Sequence record: NC_048045.1
Strand: one strand, 5' to 3'
DNA: 64,000 nucleotides
Made by a program: the position numbers and the translations under genes
Part shown: positions 19,492 to 28,930 of the stretch, in pieces
How the letters are laid out: the number at the start of each line of letters is the position of its first letter
How positions within the stretch are numbered: position 1 is the stretch's first letter
Notes under the pieces: model-generated
The model's input: only the letters and a program-made list of their open reading frames with translations
Told to the model about the DNA's origin: nothing
Databases searched by the model: none

Positions 19492-20856
19492 TTAACGGGG
19501 AATGTCGAGATGGTCGGCCAGATCGTCGGCGCCGCCGATGAAGGCCTCTTCGGAGCCGTCGTCCGCGTCCAGCAGGAAGATCATCGGCGAGGAGTTCCAG
19601 GCCGGATGACCCCAGGTGTTGCGGACCTCCTCGAACTTTGCGCGGCGGCCGGCATCGCTCGGCTGGACCGCCTCATAGGGGATGCCCAGGTCGTCGAGAT
19701 AGGCCTTGGCCCGGTCGCAGTGCGGGCAGTCCTTCTTGGTGTAGACGCGGTACGCCGTCACGTCCGGATCGTAGGTCTTCTCGGCCGACACCGCCGGGCG
19801 CGCGACGCTCCAGTAGCGCAGCGGCTCGGGCAGTTCGCAGACCGCCTCGTCGGTGCAGCCGCCGCCGGCGTAAGGCGTCCAGATCGGGCGCTGGAGGAAG
19901 GCGAAGGCGGTGTTCCAGCCGGCGACCTCGCCCTTGCCGTACTCGGTCGAGCGCTGCTCGAAGAAGTTGGCGTGGGTCGGGGCGTTCATGATCCAGTCGA
20001 GCCAGTCGAAGGGGTTTTCCTTCTGGCCGTAGTTGGGCTTCATGCCCAGTTGCAGCCACCGGCGGTCGGCGATGTAGCGGATGTACTTCTTGGTGTCCTC
20101 GGGCGTGACGCCGTCGACCTCGCCCAGGGCGAAGGCTTGGTCGATGAACGCATCCTCCAGGTCGACCATCCGCCGGCCGGCGTCGTAGATGCGCTTCTTG
20201 GTCTCGTCGTTCCAGGCGCGCGGGTGCTCCTTGATCAACTCGTGCAGGAGCTTGATCATGCTCTCGACGTGGTGGGTCTCGTCGCGGATCGACCACTCGA
20301 CGATCGTGGTCATGCCCTTCATCAGCCCGCGCCGCTGGTAGTTCATCAGCAGGGCGAACGAGGAGAAAAGCTGCATGCCTTCGCCGAAGGCCGAGAACAC
20401 GGCGATGTCGACGATCAGGTCGGCGATCGACGTGCCGCTCTCGCGCTCGAACATGTACTCGTGCTTCTCGCGCATCGCCTGATAGTCCAGGAAGGCGCGG
20501 AACTCGACCTCGGGCAGGCCCAGAGTGTCGATCAGGGTGGCGTAGGCGTCGATGTGATTGGCTTCGGCCGCCATGAACGCCGCCAGCATCATCCGCACTT
20601 CCGGGTGCGGGAAGCGCGGGCCGTACTTTTCGAAGTAGCCGCGCGCCACGTCCACGTCGGCTTGCGTGAAGAAACGGAAGAGTTGCGTGAGTTGGTTCTT
20701 CTCGCTGGGCTTGAGTTTCTCGTTCCAGTCCTGGATGTCGGTGTCCATCGGCGCCTCGTGGGGGAGCCAGTGGAGCGACTGCATGATCCGGTAGGCGTCG
20801 TAGGCCCAGGGGTAGGCGAAGGGCTTGTAGTAGTCGCGCGGCTTGAGCAGGGACAT
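19492..20856 (-). CDS. nrdB: Class Ia ribonucleotide reductase beta subunit with C-terminal glutaredoxin domain
   Basis: FFTQAD, EANHIDAY, EGMQLFSSF, IRDETHH and NFFEQRSTEY; C-terminal VYTKKDCPHC...SSPMIF...FIGG Grx fold. Confidence 0.92.
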   Translation of the reverse strand: MSLLKPRDYYKPFAYPWAYDAYRIMQSLHWLPHEAPMDTDIQDWNEKLKPSEKNQLTQLFRFFTQADVDVARGYFEKYGPRFPHPEVRMMLAAFMAAEANHIDAYATLIDTLGLPEVEFRAFLDYQAMREKHEYMFERESGTSIADLIVDIAVFSAFGEGMQLFSSFALLMNYQRRGLMKGMTTIVEWSIRDETHHVESMIKLLHELIKEHPRAWNDETKKRIYDAGRRMVDLEDAFIDQAFALGEVDGVTPEDTKKYIRYIADRRWLQLGMKPNYGQKENPFDWLDWIMNAPTHANFFEQRSTEYGKGEVAGWNTAFAFLQRPIWTPYAGGGCTDEAVCELPEPLRYWSVARPAVSAEKTYDPDVTAYRVYTKKDCPHCDRAKAYLDDLGIPYEAVQPSDAGRRAKFEEVRNTWGHPAWNSSPMIFLLDADDGSEEAFIGGADDLADHLDIPR

Positions 20857-20910
20857 GTGTGGGAGGTCTCGAAAGGAGGGATGGAGGAGGTGAAGGGCGC
20901 CAGCGGCGCC

Positions 20911-23721
20911 CTAGCCCTCGCAGGCCACGCAGGTGGAGTCGGACGTCGGGTTCAGGGCCAGCAGCGCGGCCTCTTCAGCAGACCCCGTGGTCGGGGCCTC
21001 CCCCATGTCGATCTGCTTGCGCTCGACCTTGGTGTTGGTGTTCTCGGCCCGCTTGGGCGTCGTCGACCGCAGGTAGTACATCGACTTGACGCCGTACCCC
21101 TCGTTCCAGGCCAGGAAGGTGACTTCCGACAGCGTCTCGGCCGTGGCGTCGTGCGGGTGGAACACGTTCAGGGACTGGCCCTGGCAGATGTCCTCGGTCC
21201 GCCCGACCGCCAGCCGCACGACCCAGCGCTGGTCGAGTTCCATCGCCGTCTTGTAGACGCGCTTCTTATGCTCCAGGACCGCCGGGTCGACGTCGATGCC
21301 CAGGGCCTCGAAGAACTCGACCGAGAAGTGCTGGATCGAGCCCTCGTTAGCGACGATGGTCTTCCAGACCTCATCGGTGTCGGCGCCCAGGCTGGCCAGC
21401 CACGCGCGCAGCCAGCGGTTCTTGACCTGGAACGAGCCCGAGAGGGTCTTGTGCAGGAAGGTGTTGGCGCGGTTGGGCTCAATCGACGGCGAGGCGCCGC
21501 CGCAGAGGATCGACGAGGAGGCGTTGGGGGCCACCGCCAGCTTGTGGGCGAAACGCTCGCCCGAGCCTTCCATGTCCGGAGCTTCGCCGCGCTCGGCGCC
21601 CAGGATCAGCGACGCCGCGTCGGCCTTGCGGCGCATGTGGCGGAAGATGGTCTTGTTGAGCGTCTCGGCCGCCATGCTCTCGAATGGGATGTCGAGCGAC
21701 TGGAGCAGCGAGTGGAAGCCCAGCAGGCCCAGGCCGACCGACCGCTCGCGCACGGCGCTGTAGGAGGCCCGGTGCATCTCGTCCGGCGCGTTGTCGATGA
21801 ACACCTGGAGGCAGTTGTCCAGCATGCGCATCAGGTCTTCGATGAAGGTCGGGTGATCCTTCCACTCGACCCACTTCTCGGCGTTGACGCTCGACAGGCA
21901 GCAGACGGCCGTGCGCATCTTGCCGAACACGTCGCGGCCGGTACCCAGCATGATCTCCGAGCAGTTGCCCGTCAGGTAGCCATTGAACACCAGCCGGTTG
22001 CGCTTGGGCTCGGTGGCGCAGAAGACGTCGGCCTTGTGGGCGAGCGGATGCACACTGGCGACCGTGGCGGCCAGCTTCGGCGCGACCTCGATCTGGTGGG
22101 CCGCGTCGATTTGCTCGGCGGTTTTGGACAGCACCGCGCCGATCTTCGACAGGTAGGCCACGTCCCAGGCCGACAGCGAGAAGGCGCTGACCGTGTCGGT
22201 CAGGCGGATGCGCGGGTGCAGGCCCGACTCGATGGCCAGCAGGCGCATCTCGCGGATCAGGTCCGCATCGGTCGAGCCGACCGTCAGCCAGCGCACGCCG
22301 TCGATCTCGACCCATTCGCCGGCCGCGTCCAGCGCCCCGCCCAGCCATGCCAGACGGCGGCTCGGGGTGTGGTGGAACGGCACGACGCCGGTGTTGATCG
22401 TCAGCGGGTCGTAGCGCAGGGTGGTGCCCGCCTCGTCGCCTTCCAGGTTCAGCGACAGAGCCGACAGGGTCTTGAGCACCGCGTCGGGCAGGCCGACCGG
22501 CACGAAGGCCGACAGGCGGTTCTTGTCACTGAAGCCGGCGAAGGTCGTCCAGCCAGCCGTGTAGGCGACCTCCAGCGGCGGGCTGGCGTCGCTCACGCCC
22601 TCGGTGACCGGCACGTTGGCTTTGGCCAGCACCGTGCCGTCCTTCAGTTCACCGGCCCGGACTTCGACGCCGGCCTCGGTGTAGAACTTGTGGTAGGGGG
22701 TGCAGTCGACAAAGTCGCCGTCCTCGAACCAGACGCGGACCAGTTCGGCCTTCTCGTCGGTGGCGTTGGTCTGGTGGATCAGGACGTTGCTGAATTCGAC
22801 GCCGTTCCAGACGTCATGGAAGCCGCCGGCCAGCGAGGCGATCGGCAGGTGCCCGTTGCGGGTCAGGATTTCGGTCTCGCCCGCCACGCAGAGGTTCGAC
22901 TGGCGAACGCTCAGGCCGAGCTTCTTCTGCCGGTCCGGGAAGTGGCGGTTGGAGGTGTCGATGAAGTGGATGTAGGGCTCGCCCGTCTGCACGCGCGTCT
23001 CGATCAGCAGGCGCCACAGGTCGCGCGCCCGCTCCATGCGGATCACCTCGCCCGTCTTGGGCGAGCGCAGGGCGAAGTCGGTGTCGTCGCGCACTGCGAT
23101 CATGAACTCGTCGGTGACGTTGACCGCGTTGTGCAGGTTGGTGATCTTGCGGTTGTGGTCGCCGCCGGTCGGCTTGCGGGCGGTGATGAACTCGCGGATT
23201 TCCGGGTGATGGATGTCCAGGTAGACGGCGTTGGAGCCCCGGCGAGTGCCGCCCTGGCTGACGGCCAGGATCAGACGGTCGTCCACGGCCATGAACGGGA
23301 TGACGCCGGTCGACTGCGAGCCCTTGGAGGTCTTTTCGCCCAGGGCGCGCAAGGCACCATAGTAGGAGCCGATGCCGCCGCCCATCGACGAGAGCCAGAT
23401 GACCTCGTCATAGTGCTCGGAGATCGACTCGCGGCTGTCCTCGATCGCGGTGAGGAAGCAGGAGATCGGCAGGCCACGGGCCGAGCCGCCATTCGACAGC
23501 AGCGGGGTGGCGTACATGAACCAGAGGTTGGAGACGTAGTCGTACAGACGCTGGCCGTGCTCGGCGTCATCCGCAAAGGCCGCACTCGCGCGCGCGAAGG
23601 CCTCCTGGGGAGACGTTTCCCCAGGCAGCAGATAGCGTTCACGGAGGGTCTGGAGGGTGAAGTCGTCGAGCAGGGCGTCGCGGGTGAGATCGATCTTGAT
23701 TTCGTGCGTTGCGACAGCCAT
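20911..23721 (-). CDS. nrdA: Class Ia ribonucleotide reductase alpha subunit containing an intein
   Basis: ATPLLSN, PISCFL, GGGIG, GEPYI, SNL/C-EI split by an insertion, APNASSS, KSMYYLR, C-terminal CVACEG. Confidence 0.92.
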   Translation of the reverse strand: MAVATHEIKIDLTRDALLDDFTLQTLRERYLLPGETSPQEAFARASAAFADDAEHGQRLYDYVSNLWFMYATPLLSNGGSARGLPISCFLTAIEDSRESISEHYDEVIWLSSMGGGIGSYYGALRALGEKTSKGSQSTGVIPFMAVDDRLILAVSQGGTRRGSNAVYLDIHHPEIREFITARKPTGGDHNRKITNLHNAVNVTDEFMIAVRDDTDFALRSPKTGEVIRMERARDLWRLLIETRVQTGEPYIHFIDTSNRHFPDRQKKLGLSVRQSNLCVAGETEILTRNGHLPIASLAGGFHDVWNGVEFSNVLIHQTNATDEKAELVRVWFEDGDFVDCTPYHKFYTEAGVEVRAGELKDGTVLAKANVPVTEGVSDASPPLEVAYTAGWTTFAGFSDKNRLSAFVPVGLPDAVLKTLSALSLNLEGDEAGTTLRYDPLTINTGVVPFHHTPSRRLAWLGGALDAAGEWVEIDGVRWLTVGSTDADLIREMRLLAIESGLHPRIRLTDTVSAFSLSAWDVAYLSKIGAVLSKTAEQIDAAHQIEVAPKLAATVASVHPLAHKADVFCATEPKRNRLVFNGYLTGNCSEIMLGTGRDVFGKMRTAVCCLSSVNAEKWVEWKDHPTFIEDLMRMLDNCLQVFIDNAPDEMHRASYSAVRERSVGLGLLGFHSLLQSLDIPFESMAAETLNKTIFRHMRRKADAASLILGAERGEAPDMEGSGERFAHKLAVAPNASSSILCGGASPSIEPNRANTFLHKTLSGSFQVKNRWLRAWLASLGADTDEVWKTIVANEGSIQHFSVEFFEALGIDVDPAVLEHKKRVYKTAMELDQRWVVRLAVGRTEDICQGQSLNVFHPHDATAETLSEVTFLAWNEGYGVKSMYYLRSTTPKRAENTNTKVERKQIDMGEAPTTGSAEEAALLALNPTSDSTCVACEG
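21964..22890 (-). mobile_element. Intein (309 aa) in nrdA
   Basis: Starts CVAGETEILT after QSNL, has block B CTPYHKF, ends FNGYLTGN followed by extein CSEIM. Confidence 0.9.
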
Positions 23722-23802
23722 GGGGTCTCGTTTTCGCGTCAAGGCGCGATGCGTTAAAAGCCCTGAGAAATCAGGGCCTTAAGATGAAAGCAAAGGATGG
23801 TT

Positions 23803-23842
23803 AAGATAGCCTGAGGGGTCCCGAAAGTCAAGATTCACGACA
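23803..23842 (-). promoter_or_regulatory. Motif promoter of the nrd operon
   Basis: TGTCGTGAATCTTGACT-N17-TATCTT on minus; TTAACCAT overlaps the -10 (23797-23804). Confidence 0.65.
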
Positions 23843-23882
23843 GTCGCGAGCCCCTCAAAGATTCCTTGACAGACCCTGGGAT

Positions 23883-24134
23883 TTACTCGTCGGCGAACTT
23901 CATCCCGGCCGCCTTCAGGATGTCCTTGGTATTGCAAGGCTTTCCGTCCAGCAGGAAGCAGGTCTTGGTTTCCCGGACCCGGTCGCCCAGGGCCGCCATC
24001 GCCCGCTCCAGGATGGTGAGCCCATCGCCGAGCGGCGCGATCAGGGCGCCGGTTTCGCGGGGAAGGCGAGGACCGCTGGTGCTCACCTTCTCGGGTTTCT
24101 TGGCGCGCTTAGCGGACAACGCCCTGGACCCCAA
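23883..24134 (-). CDS. Hypothetical protein (start uncertain)
   Basis: Fills the operon gap with GC3-rich codons. Confidence 0.45.
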   Translation of the reverse strand: MGSRALSAKRAKKPEKVSTSGPRLPRETGALIAPLGDGLTILERAMAALGDRVRETKTCFLLDGKPCNTKDILKAAGMKFADE

Positions 24135-24459
24135 CGATGCTGCGGAACTTGTCGAGGGCGGCGTCGACGTCCTGGCCGCTGGCGATCTGGGCCGACAGGT
24201 CCGAGACGGCGGTGTTGATCTTGTCGACTTCAGCCTTGAACACGTCGGGCGTGTCCTTCAGGATGTTGACCAGGGCCAGGATCACGATGTCGACCACCGG
24301 GATGCGAATGGTCTCGCCGTCGGCTTCGTTGAACGAGGCCAGCGACAGGCCGATGGTGAAGCCGCCGGGATTGGTGGGGCTCTCGGTCAGGGCGAGCACC
24401 GACTGGGCGGTGATCACCTCTTCGCGGACCGGGATGAAATCTTCAGTGGGGGAGGTCAT
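24109..24459 (-). CDS. Hypothetical protein
   Basis: AGGA SD-like sequence upstream, tight packing. Confidence 0.6.
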   Translation of the reverse strand: MTSPTEDFIPVREEVITAQSVLALTESPTNPGGFTIGLSLASFNEADGETIRIPVVDIVILALVNILKDTPDVFKAEVDKINTAVSDLSAQIASGQDVDAALDKFRSIVGVQGVVR

Positions 24460-24742
24460 GGGATTCCTGCTGCATGAGGAGGGCGATGCGGTTGACGGCG
24501 TCGACTTCGTTGATCGGGCCGGCGGCGAGCAGGGCCTCGATCGTGTCGGCGATCACCCCCTGCTGGTCGAGGGTCATGATCGCGAGGCCGTAGAGAAGCG
24601 CCTGGGAGGCGTGCCGGCGGATGCTCGGGACGGTGTTGTGGATGATGAGGTCGACCTCGCCACGGTCGCCATCGGCCGGCACGTAGGCCGCGAGGGAGAA
24701 CTGCGGCTCCAGGTCTTCGGGGATGGCGAGCGGGGCGTTCAT
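24443..24742 (-). CDS. Hypothetical protein
   Basis: GGAG then ATG at 24742, downstream of a motif promoter. Confidence 0.6.
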   Translation of the reverse strand: MNAPLAIPEDLEPQFSLAAYVPADGDRGEVDLIIHNTVPSIRRHASQALLYGLAIMTLDQQGVIADTIEALLAAGPINEVDAVNRIALLMQQESHDLPH

Positions 24743-24757
24743 GGGCGGCTCCGGGGG

Positions 24758-24797
24758 ATGTCGTGTCTCCCGACAAGACATGTCAGGATTCACGACA
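24758..24797 (-). promoter_or_regulatory. Variant motif promoter
   Basis: TGTCGTGAATCCTGACA on minus; TTAACCAC at 24807-24814. Confidence 0.45.
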
Positions 24798-24834
24798 TCG
24801 GTCAACGTGGTTAATGGGCGGGTGCGCGCTTTTG

Positions 24835-25770
24835 TCAGGCGTCCCAGACCGCCTCGCCCGGCACGAACTTGCGGAACTGCTGGAAGCCCCGGAAATTGCC
24901 CTGGAACTGGCTATTGAGCCCCGCCGGCCGCGCTTGGTGTTCGAGCGGGGAGGCGTGGACCGGCTGGGAGCCGGCGAGCTTCAGGAAGGTGCCGACGTCG
25001 CGCTCGATCGCGGCCTTGGAGCCGTCGAAGTCACGATAGCTGGCGCGGGCGCAGCGGGCCGCCGAGGAGACGATCAGCAGGCGCTCGACGAGCGGCAGGT
25101 TCGGAAGATTCTTGAACGCGAAGTCGACCTGCCCTGCCAGGGCCATGAAGAGGTCGGATTGATCGCGCATCATCCGCAAGACGTCGTCGAGATCGGCTTC
25201 CAGGTCGACGAACGGCAGGTGCCATTCGTTCGGCCCCAGCAGGCGCGGCGTCTGGGCTTCGAGATCGGCCTTGATCCTGCGGGCCAGGACCTGGATTTCG
25301 TCCTGGGCGCCGGCGTCGTCGCGCAGGGTCAGGAAATTGATCCAGTCGGTGGCCGAGACCACCACCGAGATGTAGCCGAAGAACTCGGTCGCGCGGTTCA
25401 CCCACTGCTTGTGGATGTTCAGGCCGCCCTCGGCGCGCGGCAGGCCCAGCTTGGCGACGCCGGCGCGCACCGCGTCGGCCATCTCCAACCAGATCGCCTC
25501 GGCCGCTTTCTGGTCGGCGTTGGAGAGGTATTCGCCCGGCTGCATGCCCGGCTGGTTCTCGCGGAACAGCGGCACGTAGGGCGCGTCCAGCAGCATCTTC
25601 TTGAGCGGGATGGCCCGGCTCGAAGAGGCGTTGCGACTGAACACCCGGTGGGTCATGAAGTCGGCATGGACCATGCGCGGATAGCGCAGGAGCAGGCTGT
25701 CCAGGCGCTTGCCGTCATGGGTGATCGACGACGCCAGGGGCGTCGTCTGCACGAAGTCGAGGGTAGGCAT
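24835..25770 (-). CDS. thyX: Flavin-dependent thymidylate synthase
   Basis: THRVFSRNASSSRAIP ThyX motif, HKQWVNR, HASPLEHQA. Confidence 0.85.
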   Translation of the reverse strand: MPTLDFVQTTPLASSITHDGKRLDSLLLRYPRMVHADFMTHRVFSRNASSSRAIPLKKMLLDAPYVPLFRENQPGMQPGEYLSNADQKAAEAIWLEMADAVRAGVAKLGLPRAEGGLNIHKQWVNRATEFFGYISVVVSATDWINFLTLRDDAGAQDEIQVLARRIKADLEAQTPRLLGPNEWHLPFVDLEADLDDVLRMMRDQSDLFMALAGQVDFAFKNLPNLPLVERLLIVSSAARCARASYRDFDGSKAAIERDVGTFLKLAGSQPVHASPLEHQARPAGLNSQFQGNFRGFQQFRKFVPGEAVWDA

Positions 25771-25776
25771 GGGGGA

Positions 25777-26313
25777 TTAGTCCTGGTCTTCGGGGAGCAC
25801 GATCATGCCGATCGCGTTGTGGAGGTCGTGGATCGTCCGGTCGTTGACGATGGTCCAGTCGGGGACGATTTTCTCCATCTCCAGTTCGGAGGCGTGCTGC
25901 GACGCCGCGTCCGTGGAGACCTTGCGCGGATCGTCGACGCGGATGATCATCCCGCCCAGGGCGCGCACGGCGTCGGCCTCGTTCAGGAACCGGCAGTCCG
26001 AGCAGACCACCAGCTTGTAATCGCCGGCCGAGCGCTTGAAGGCCTCGATCCAGGTGTCCTCGGCGTAGGAGCGGAACATCTCGGTCCCGATCTTCTGAAG
26101 GATGTCGCGAGGGCTCTTGAAGGGGTAGCGATCCAGCACCTTCTCCTTCAGGATCGGGTCCAGCATCTCCTCCATCGTCACCCCGTAGGCGACGCGGGCG
26201 ATCTCGCGCAGCGGATCGGCGAAGTTGATGTGCTTGTAGCCGGCTTGCTCCAGGCGGGCGGCGGCGGTCGACTTGCCGTGCCCCCGCTTGCCGGTGATGG
26301 CGACGAGTTCCAT
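25777..26313 (-). CDS. Deoxynucleoside monophosphate kinase
   Basis: ITGKRGHGKST P-loop, FADPLR, PRDILQKIGTE, DCRFLNE, HASE. Confidence 0.85.
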   Translation of the reverse strand: MELVAITGKRGHGKSTAAARLEQAGYKHINFADPLREIARVAYGVTMEEMLDPILKEKVLDRYPFKSPRDILQKIGTEMFRSYAEDTWIEAFKRSAGDYKLVVCSDCRFLNEADAVRALGGMIIRVDDPRKVSTDAASQHASELEMEKIVPDWTIVNDRTIHDLHNAIGMIVLPEDQD

Positions 26314-26323
26314 GGTCTGCTCC

Positions 26324-27658
26324 CTAGCGAAGGACGGTGAGGGTTTCGGCCGCGCGGGTGACGGCCGTGTAGAGCCACTTGTCCTCGTCGGCGCGGAAGC
26401 AGCCGGACTCGTCGATCACGACGACGTCCTTCCACTGCGAGCCCTGCGAGGCGTGGCAGGTGATGGCGTAGGCCCAGTCGGCGACGATCGAGTTCTTCAG
26501 CGCCCGCCACGCCTTCTGCTCGGGCGCGGTGTAGCCCTTGGGCGTGCGCGAGAAGTGCTCCTCGAACATGCCCTGGAACATCATCTTGTCGTGGTGCTCG
26601 ACTCCGCTCTCCTCCTGGAACGAGCCCATGAAGGTGGCGTCGCCTTTGGTGAAGCTGACGTCCTTGATCGAGGTGACCTCGGTGCCGTTGGTCAGGTCCG
26701 GGTTGTCGCGGACGTTCTTGCGGATCATCAGCGGCTCACCCTTCTGGGGGCCGACGCGCTCGCCGGGATATTCGACGAAGCCGAACTCCGAGCGCAGTTG
26801 CTGGTTGGTGTTCCAGCGCGTCTTGTTGCGGCCGACGATGAACTGCGGGCGGTCCTCGAAATCGAAGACCTCCTCGTACTCCTGGCGCCGCATCACCTTC
26901 ACGCCGCTGCCGTAGTCGCGGTACGGCAGGTCCTTGCCTTCGCGCGCCAGGGTCGACAGGTGGATGATCGGATTGTCCTTGGCCTGACGGTGGATTTCCG
27001 ACAGGAAGAAGTCAGGGTCGTTCGCCAGCAGGCCTGCGGAGTCCTCGACCGGCGGAAGCTGACCGGGATCGCCCATTGCGAAGATCGGCACGCCGAATTC
27101 CATCAGGTCGTCGGTCATGCGCCGGCCGACCATGGAGGCTTCGTCGACCACGATCAGGCTGGCCAGTTGGATGGCGCTGTCGGGGTTGAGTTGGAAGTTG
27201 ATCTTGTCCTCGCGGTACGCGGCGCTGAGTTCGGCCTCCAGGCGCGTGATCAGCTTGCGTTGCGTGAAGATGTGCTGATCCTTGTCGGGATCGCCGCCGT
27301 CCATGGCCAAGATGTACATCGCCTCCGAGAGCGCTTCCCGGTGGTTTTCCAGGTCGGTTTCCAGTTGCGAGATCGGCGCGGGCTTGGCGCGATAGATGGA
27401 CGAGTGGATCGTGCCGGCGTTGGTGTTCGGGTAGCCCTGGGCCTTGAGCTTGGTGCGCATGACCTTGGCGGCCTTGCCCGTCGGGGCGACGAAGGCCACG
27501 GTCTCGGGCGCGATGCCGAGGGTGTCGAGGATGAAGGGTAGGATGGTCGACTTGCCCGAGCCGGCGAAGCCGGTCATGGTCGTCAGAGGCTGGCCGTCCT
27601 TGATCTTCTCAACGACGACCTTGCGGCACTTGTCCTGTTGATCGCTGAGAGTGGTCAT
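26324..27658 (-). CDS. SF1B helicase (RecD/Dda-like)
   Basis: GFAGSGKS, APTGKAA, VDEASM, GDPGQLPPV, YAITCHASQGSQW, YTAVTRA. Confidence 0.88.
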   Translation of the reverse strand: MTTLSDQQDKCRKVVVEKIKDGQPLTTMTGFAGSGKSTILPFILDTLGIAPETVAFVAPTGKAAKVMRTKLKAQGYPNTNAGTIHSSIYRAKPAPISQLETDLENHREALSEAMYILAMDGGDPDKDQHIFTQRKLITRLEAELSAAYREDKINFQLNPDSAIQLASLIVVDEASMVGRRMTDDLMEFGVPIFAMGDPGQLPPVEDSAGLLANDPDFFLSEIHRQAKDNPIIHLSTLAREGKDLPYRDYGSGVKVMRRQEYEEVFDFEDRPQFIVGRNKTRWNTNQQLRSEFGFVEYPGERVGPQKGEPLMIRKNVRDNPDLTNGTEVTSIKDVSFTKGDATFMGSFQEESGVEHHDKMMFQGMFEEHFSRTPKGYTAPEQKAWRALKNSIVADWAYAITCHASQGSQWKDVVVIDESGCFRADEDKWLYTAVTRAAETLTVLR

Positions 27659-27730
27659 CGGGGTCTTTCGGGCACGAGCGAGGTAACCCGCCCGGACAAG
27701 CCGGGCGGGTTGGTCGAAGCAGAGAGGTGC

Positions 27731-28819
27731 TTAGAAGCGCCCGCGCGTGGTGCGCGGCTTGTCCTCGTCCTCGTCGTCGCGGCTCGAACGACGGGTCGAA
27801 CGCTCTTCACGTTCGTCGCGGTCGTCACGATCGTCGTCGCGCGAGCGGCGGGCCGGACGCTCATCCTCGTCGTCGCGGCTCGAACGACGCGCCGGGCGCT
27901 CTTCGTCCTCGTCACGCGAACGGCGGGCCGGGCGTTCCTCGCGGTCGTCCTTGGCCTTGTCGTCCTCGTCGTCGCGGCTCGAACGGCGGGTCGAACGCTC
28001 TTCACGCTCGTCCTCGTCACGGGCCGGGCGGCGGGTCGAACGCTCTTCGCGCTCGTCCTCGTCGCGCGAGGTGCGCTTGTCCTCGTCGCCGCGCGCGCGG
28101 CGGGCCGGACGCTCGTCTTCGTCCTCGCGACCACGGCGCGAGCCGCGCTTGTCTTCGAGGGCCTTGCCCTTGCCGGCTTCGTAGTCTTCCTGCGAGCCCT
28201 CGACCAGGGAGGCGAGGTCCTTCTCGGCCATCCAGTCGACGATCTTGAACTTGGGCGCGTACTTGGTGACCTTACGGCCGCCCTTGGTCTTGCCCTCGAA
28301 CTCGTTGGAGTCCAGTTCGATGATCGGCAGTTCGCCGGGGTGGTTGCGGAAGCTGTTGCCGAAGTCCTTCAGGAACGCGGCCAGCGCGCGGCGCTTGGAC
28401 ACGTTGTTGGCCTGGAAGACCATCTCGACATAGGGCTCGTCGATCAGACGGAAGTCGATCGTGTACTGCTCGACCGGGCCGTCTTCTTCGCCGTAGGGGC
28501 CGTGGTCCGGCAGGCTACCCTTGGTGGGCTGCGGGCCGTCCGCCAGGGCGACCATTTCTTCGTAGACGACCTTGCCGTCCACCCAGATCACCCAGCCGCG
28601 CTTGTAGGAGCGCAGGTTCGCGGCCATCCGCGTGCCCGTCTTCAGCGGCTCGTCTTCGGCGCCGTAGGAATACGAGCCGTCGTTGCCGTCGAACTTCATG
28701 AAGGCCTTGCCGTCGCCGCCGCCCTTGAGGTTGTTGGCCTCGGTGGCGATCATGGCGTAGAAATCGTCGTTCGAGGTCAGATAGCCGCCGCTCGAACGGG
28801 TGGTCACTTCGTTACCCAT
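27731..28819 (-). CDS. Putative single-stranded DNA-binding protein with Arg/Asp/Glu repeat tail
   Basis: N-terminal MKFDG...Y, GWVIW, YAPKFKIVDW beta-rich domain in a replication module; low-complexity repeat tail. Function inferred. Confidence 0.5.
   Translation of the reverse strand: MGNEVTTRSSGGYLTSNDDFYAMIATEANNLKGGGDGKAFMKFDGNDGSYSYGAEDEPLKTGTRMAANLRSYKRGWVIWVDGKVVYEEMVALADGPQPTKGSLPDHGPYGEEDGPVEQYTIDFRLIDEPYVEMVFQANNVSKRRALAAFLKDFGNSFRNHPGELPIIELDSNEFEGKTKGGRKVTKYAPKFKIVDWMAEKDLASLVEGSQEDYEAGKGKALEDKRGSRRGREDEDERPARRARGDEDKRTSRDEDEREERSTRRPARDEDEREERSTRRSSRDDEDDKAKDDREERPARRSRDEDEERPARRSSRDDEDERPARRSRDDDRDDRDEREERSTRRSSRDDEDEDKPRTTRGRF
27760..28150 (-). repeat. Degenerate coding tandem repeats (RRSSRDDEDE / EREERSTRR / ERPARR)
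   Basis: Repeated tcgtcgtcgcggctcgaacg and gggtcgaacgctcttc units on plus. Confidence 0.75.
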
Positions 28820-28930
28820 AGTGCTGATGCCTATTTTCTGGGAGTTCCCCGGAAGCGAGATTGCCTCCGGGGCTGTTTCTAGGACTAGACTGAGACTAGC
28901 TAGGACTAAGTGAAGAGAACCGAAGTAGAG

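Noticed and set aside
19510-23757. 1415-aa plus-strand ORF; likewise 33607-37497, 48322-52194 and 54896-58618
   Set aside because: Exact antisense shadows of nrdAB, MTase/A1, rIIAB and primase.
27760-28150. CRISPR-like array next to the Cas4-like gene
   Set aside because: Repeats are degenerate, in-frame coding repeats without unique spacers; no CRISPR array was seen anywhere in the window.
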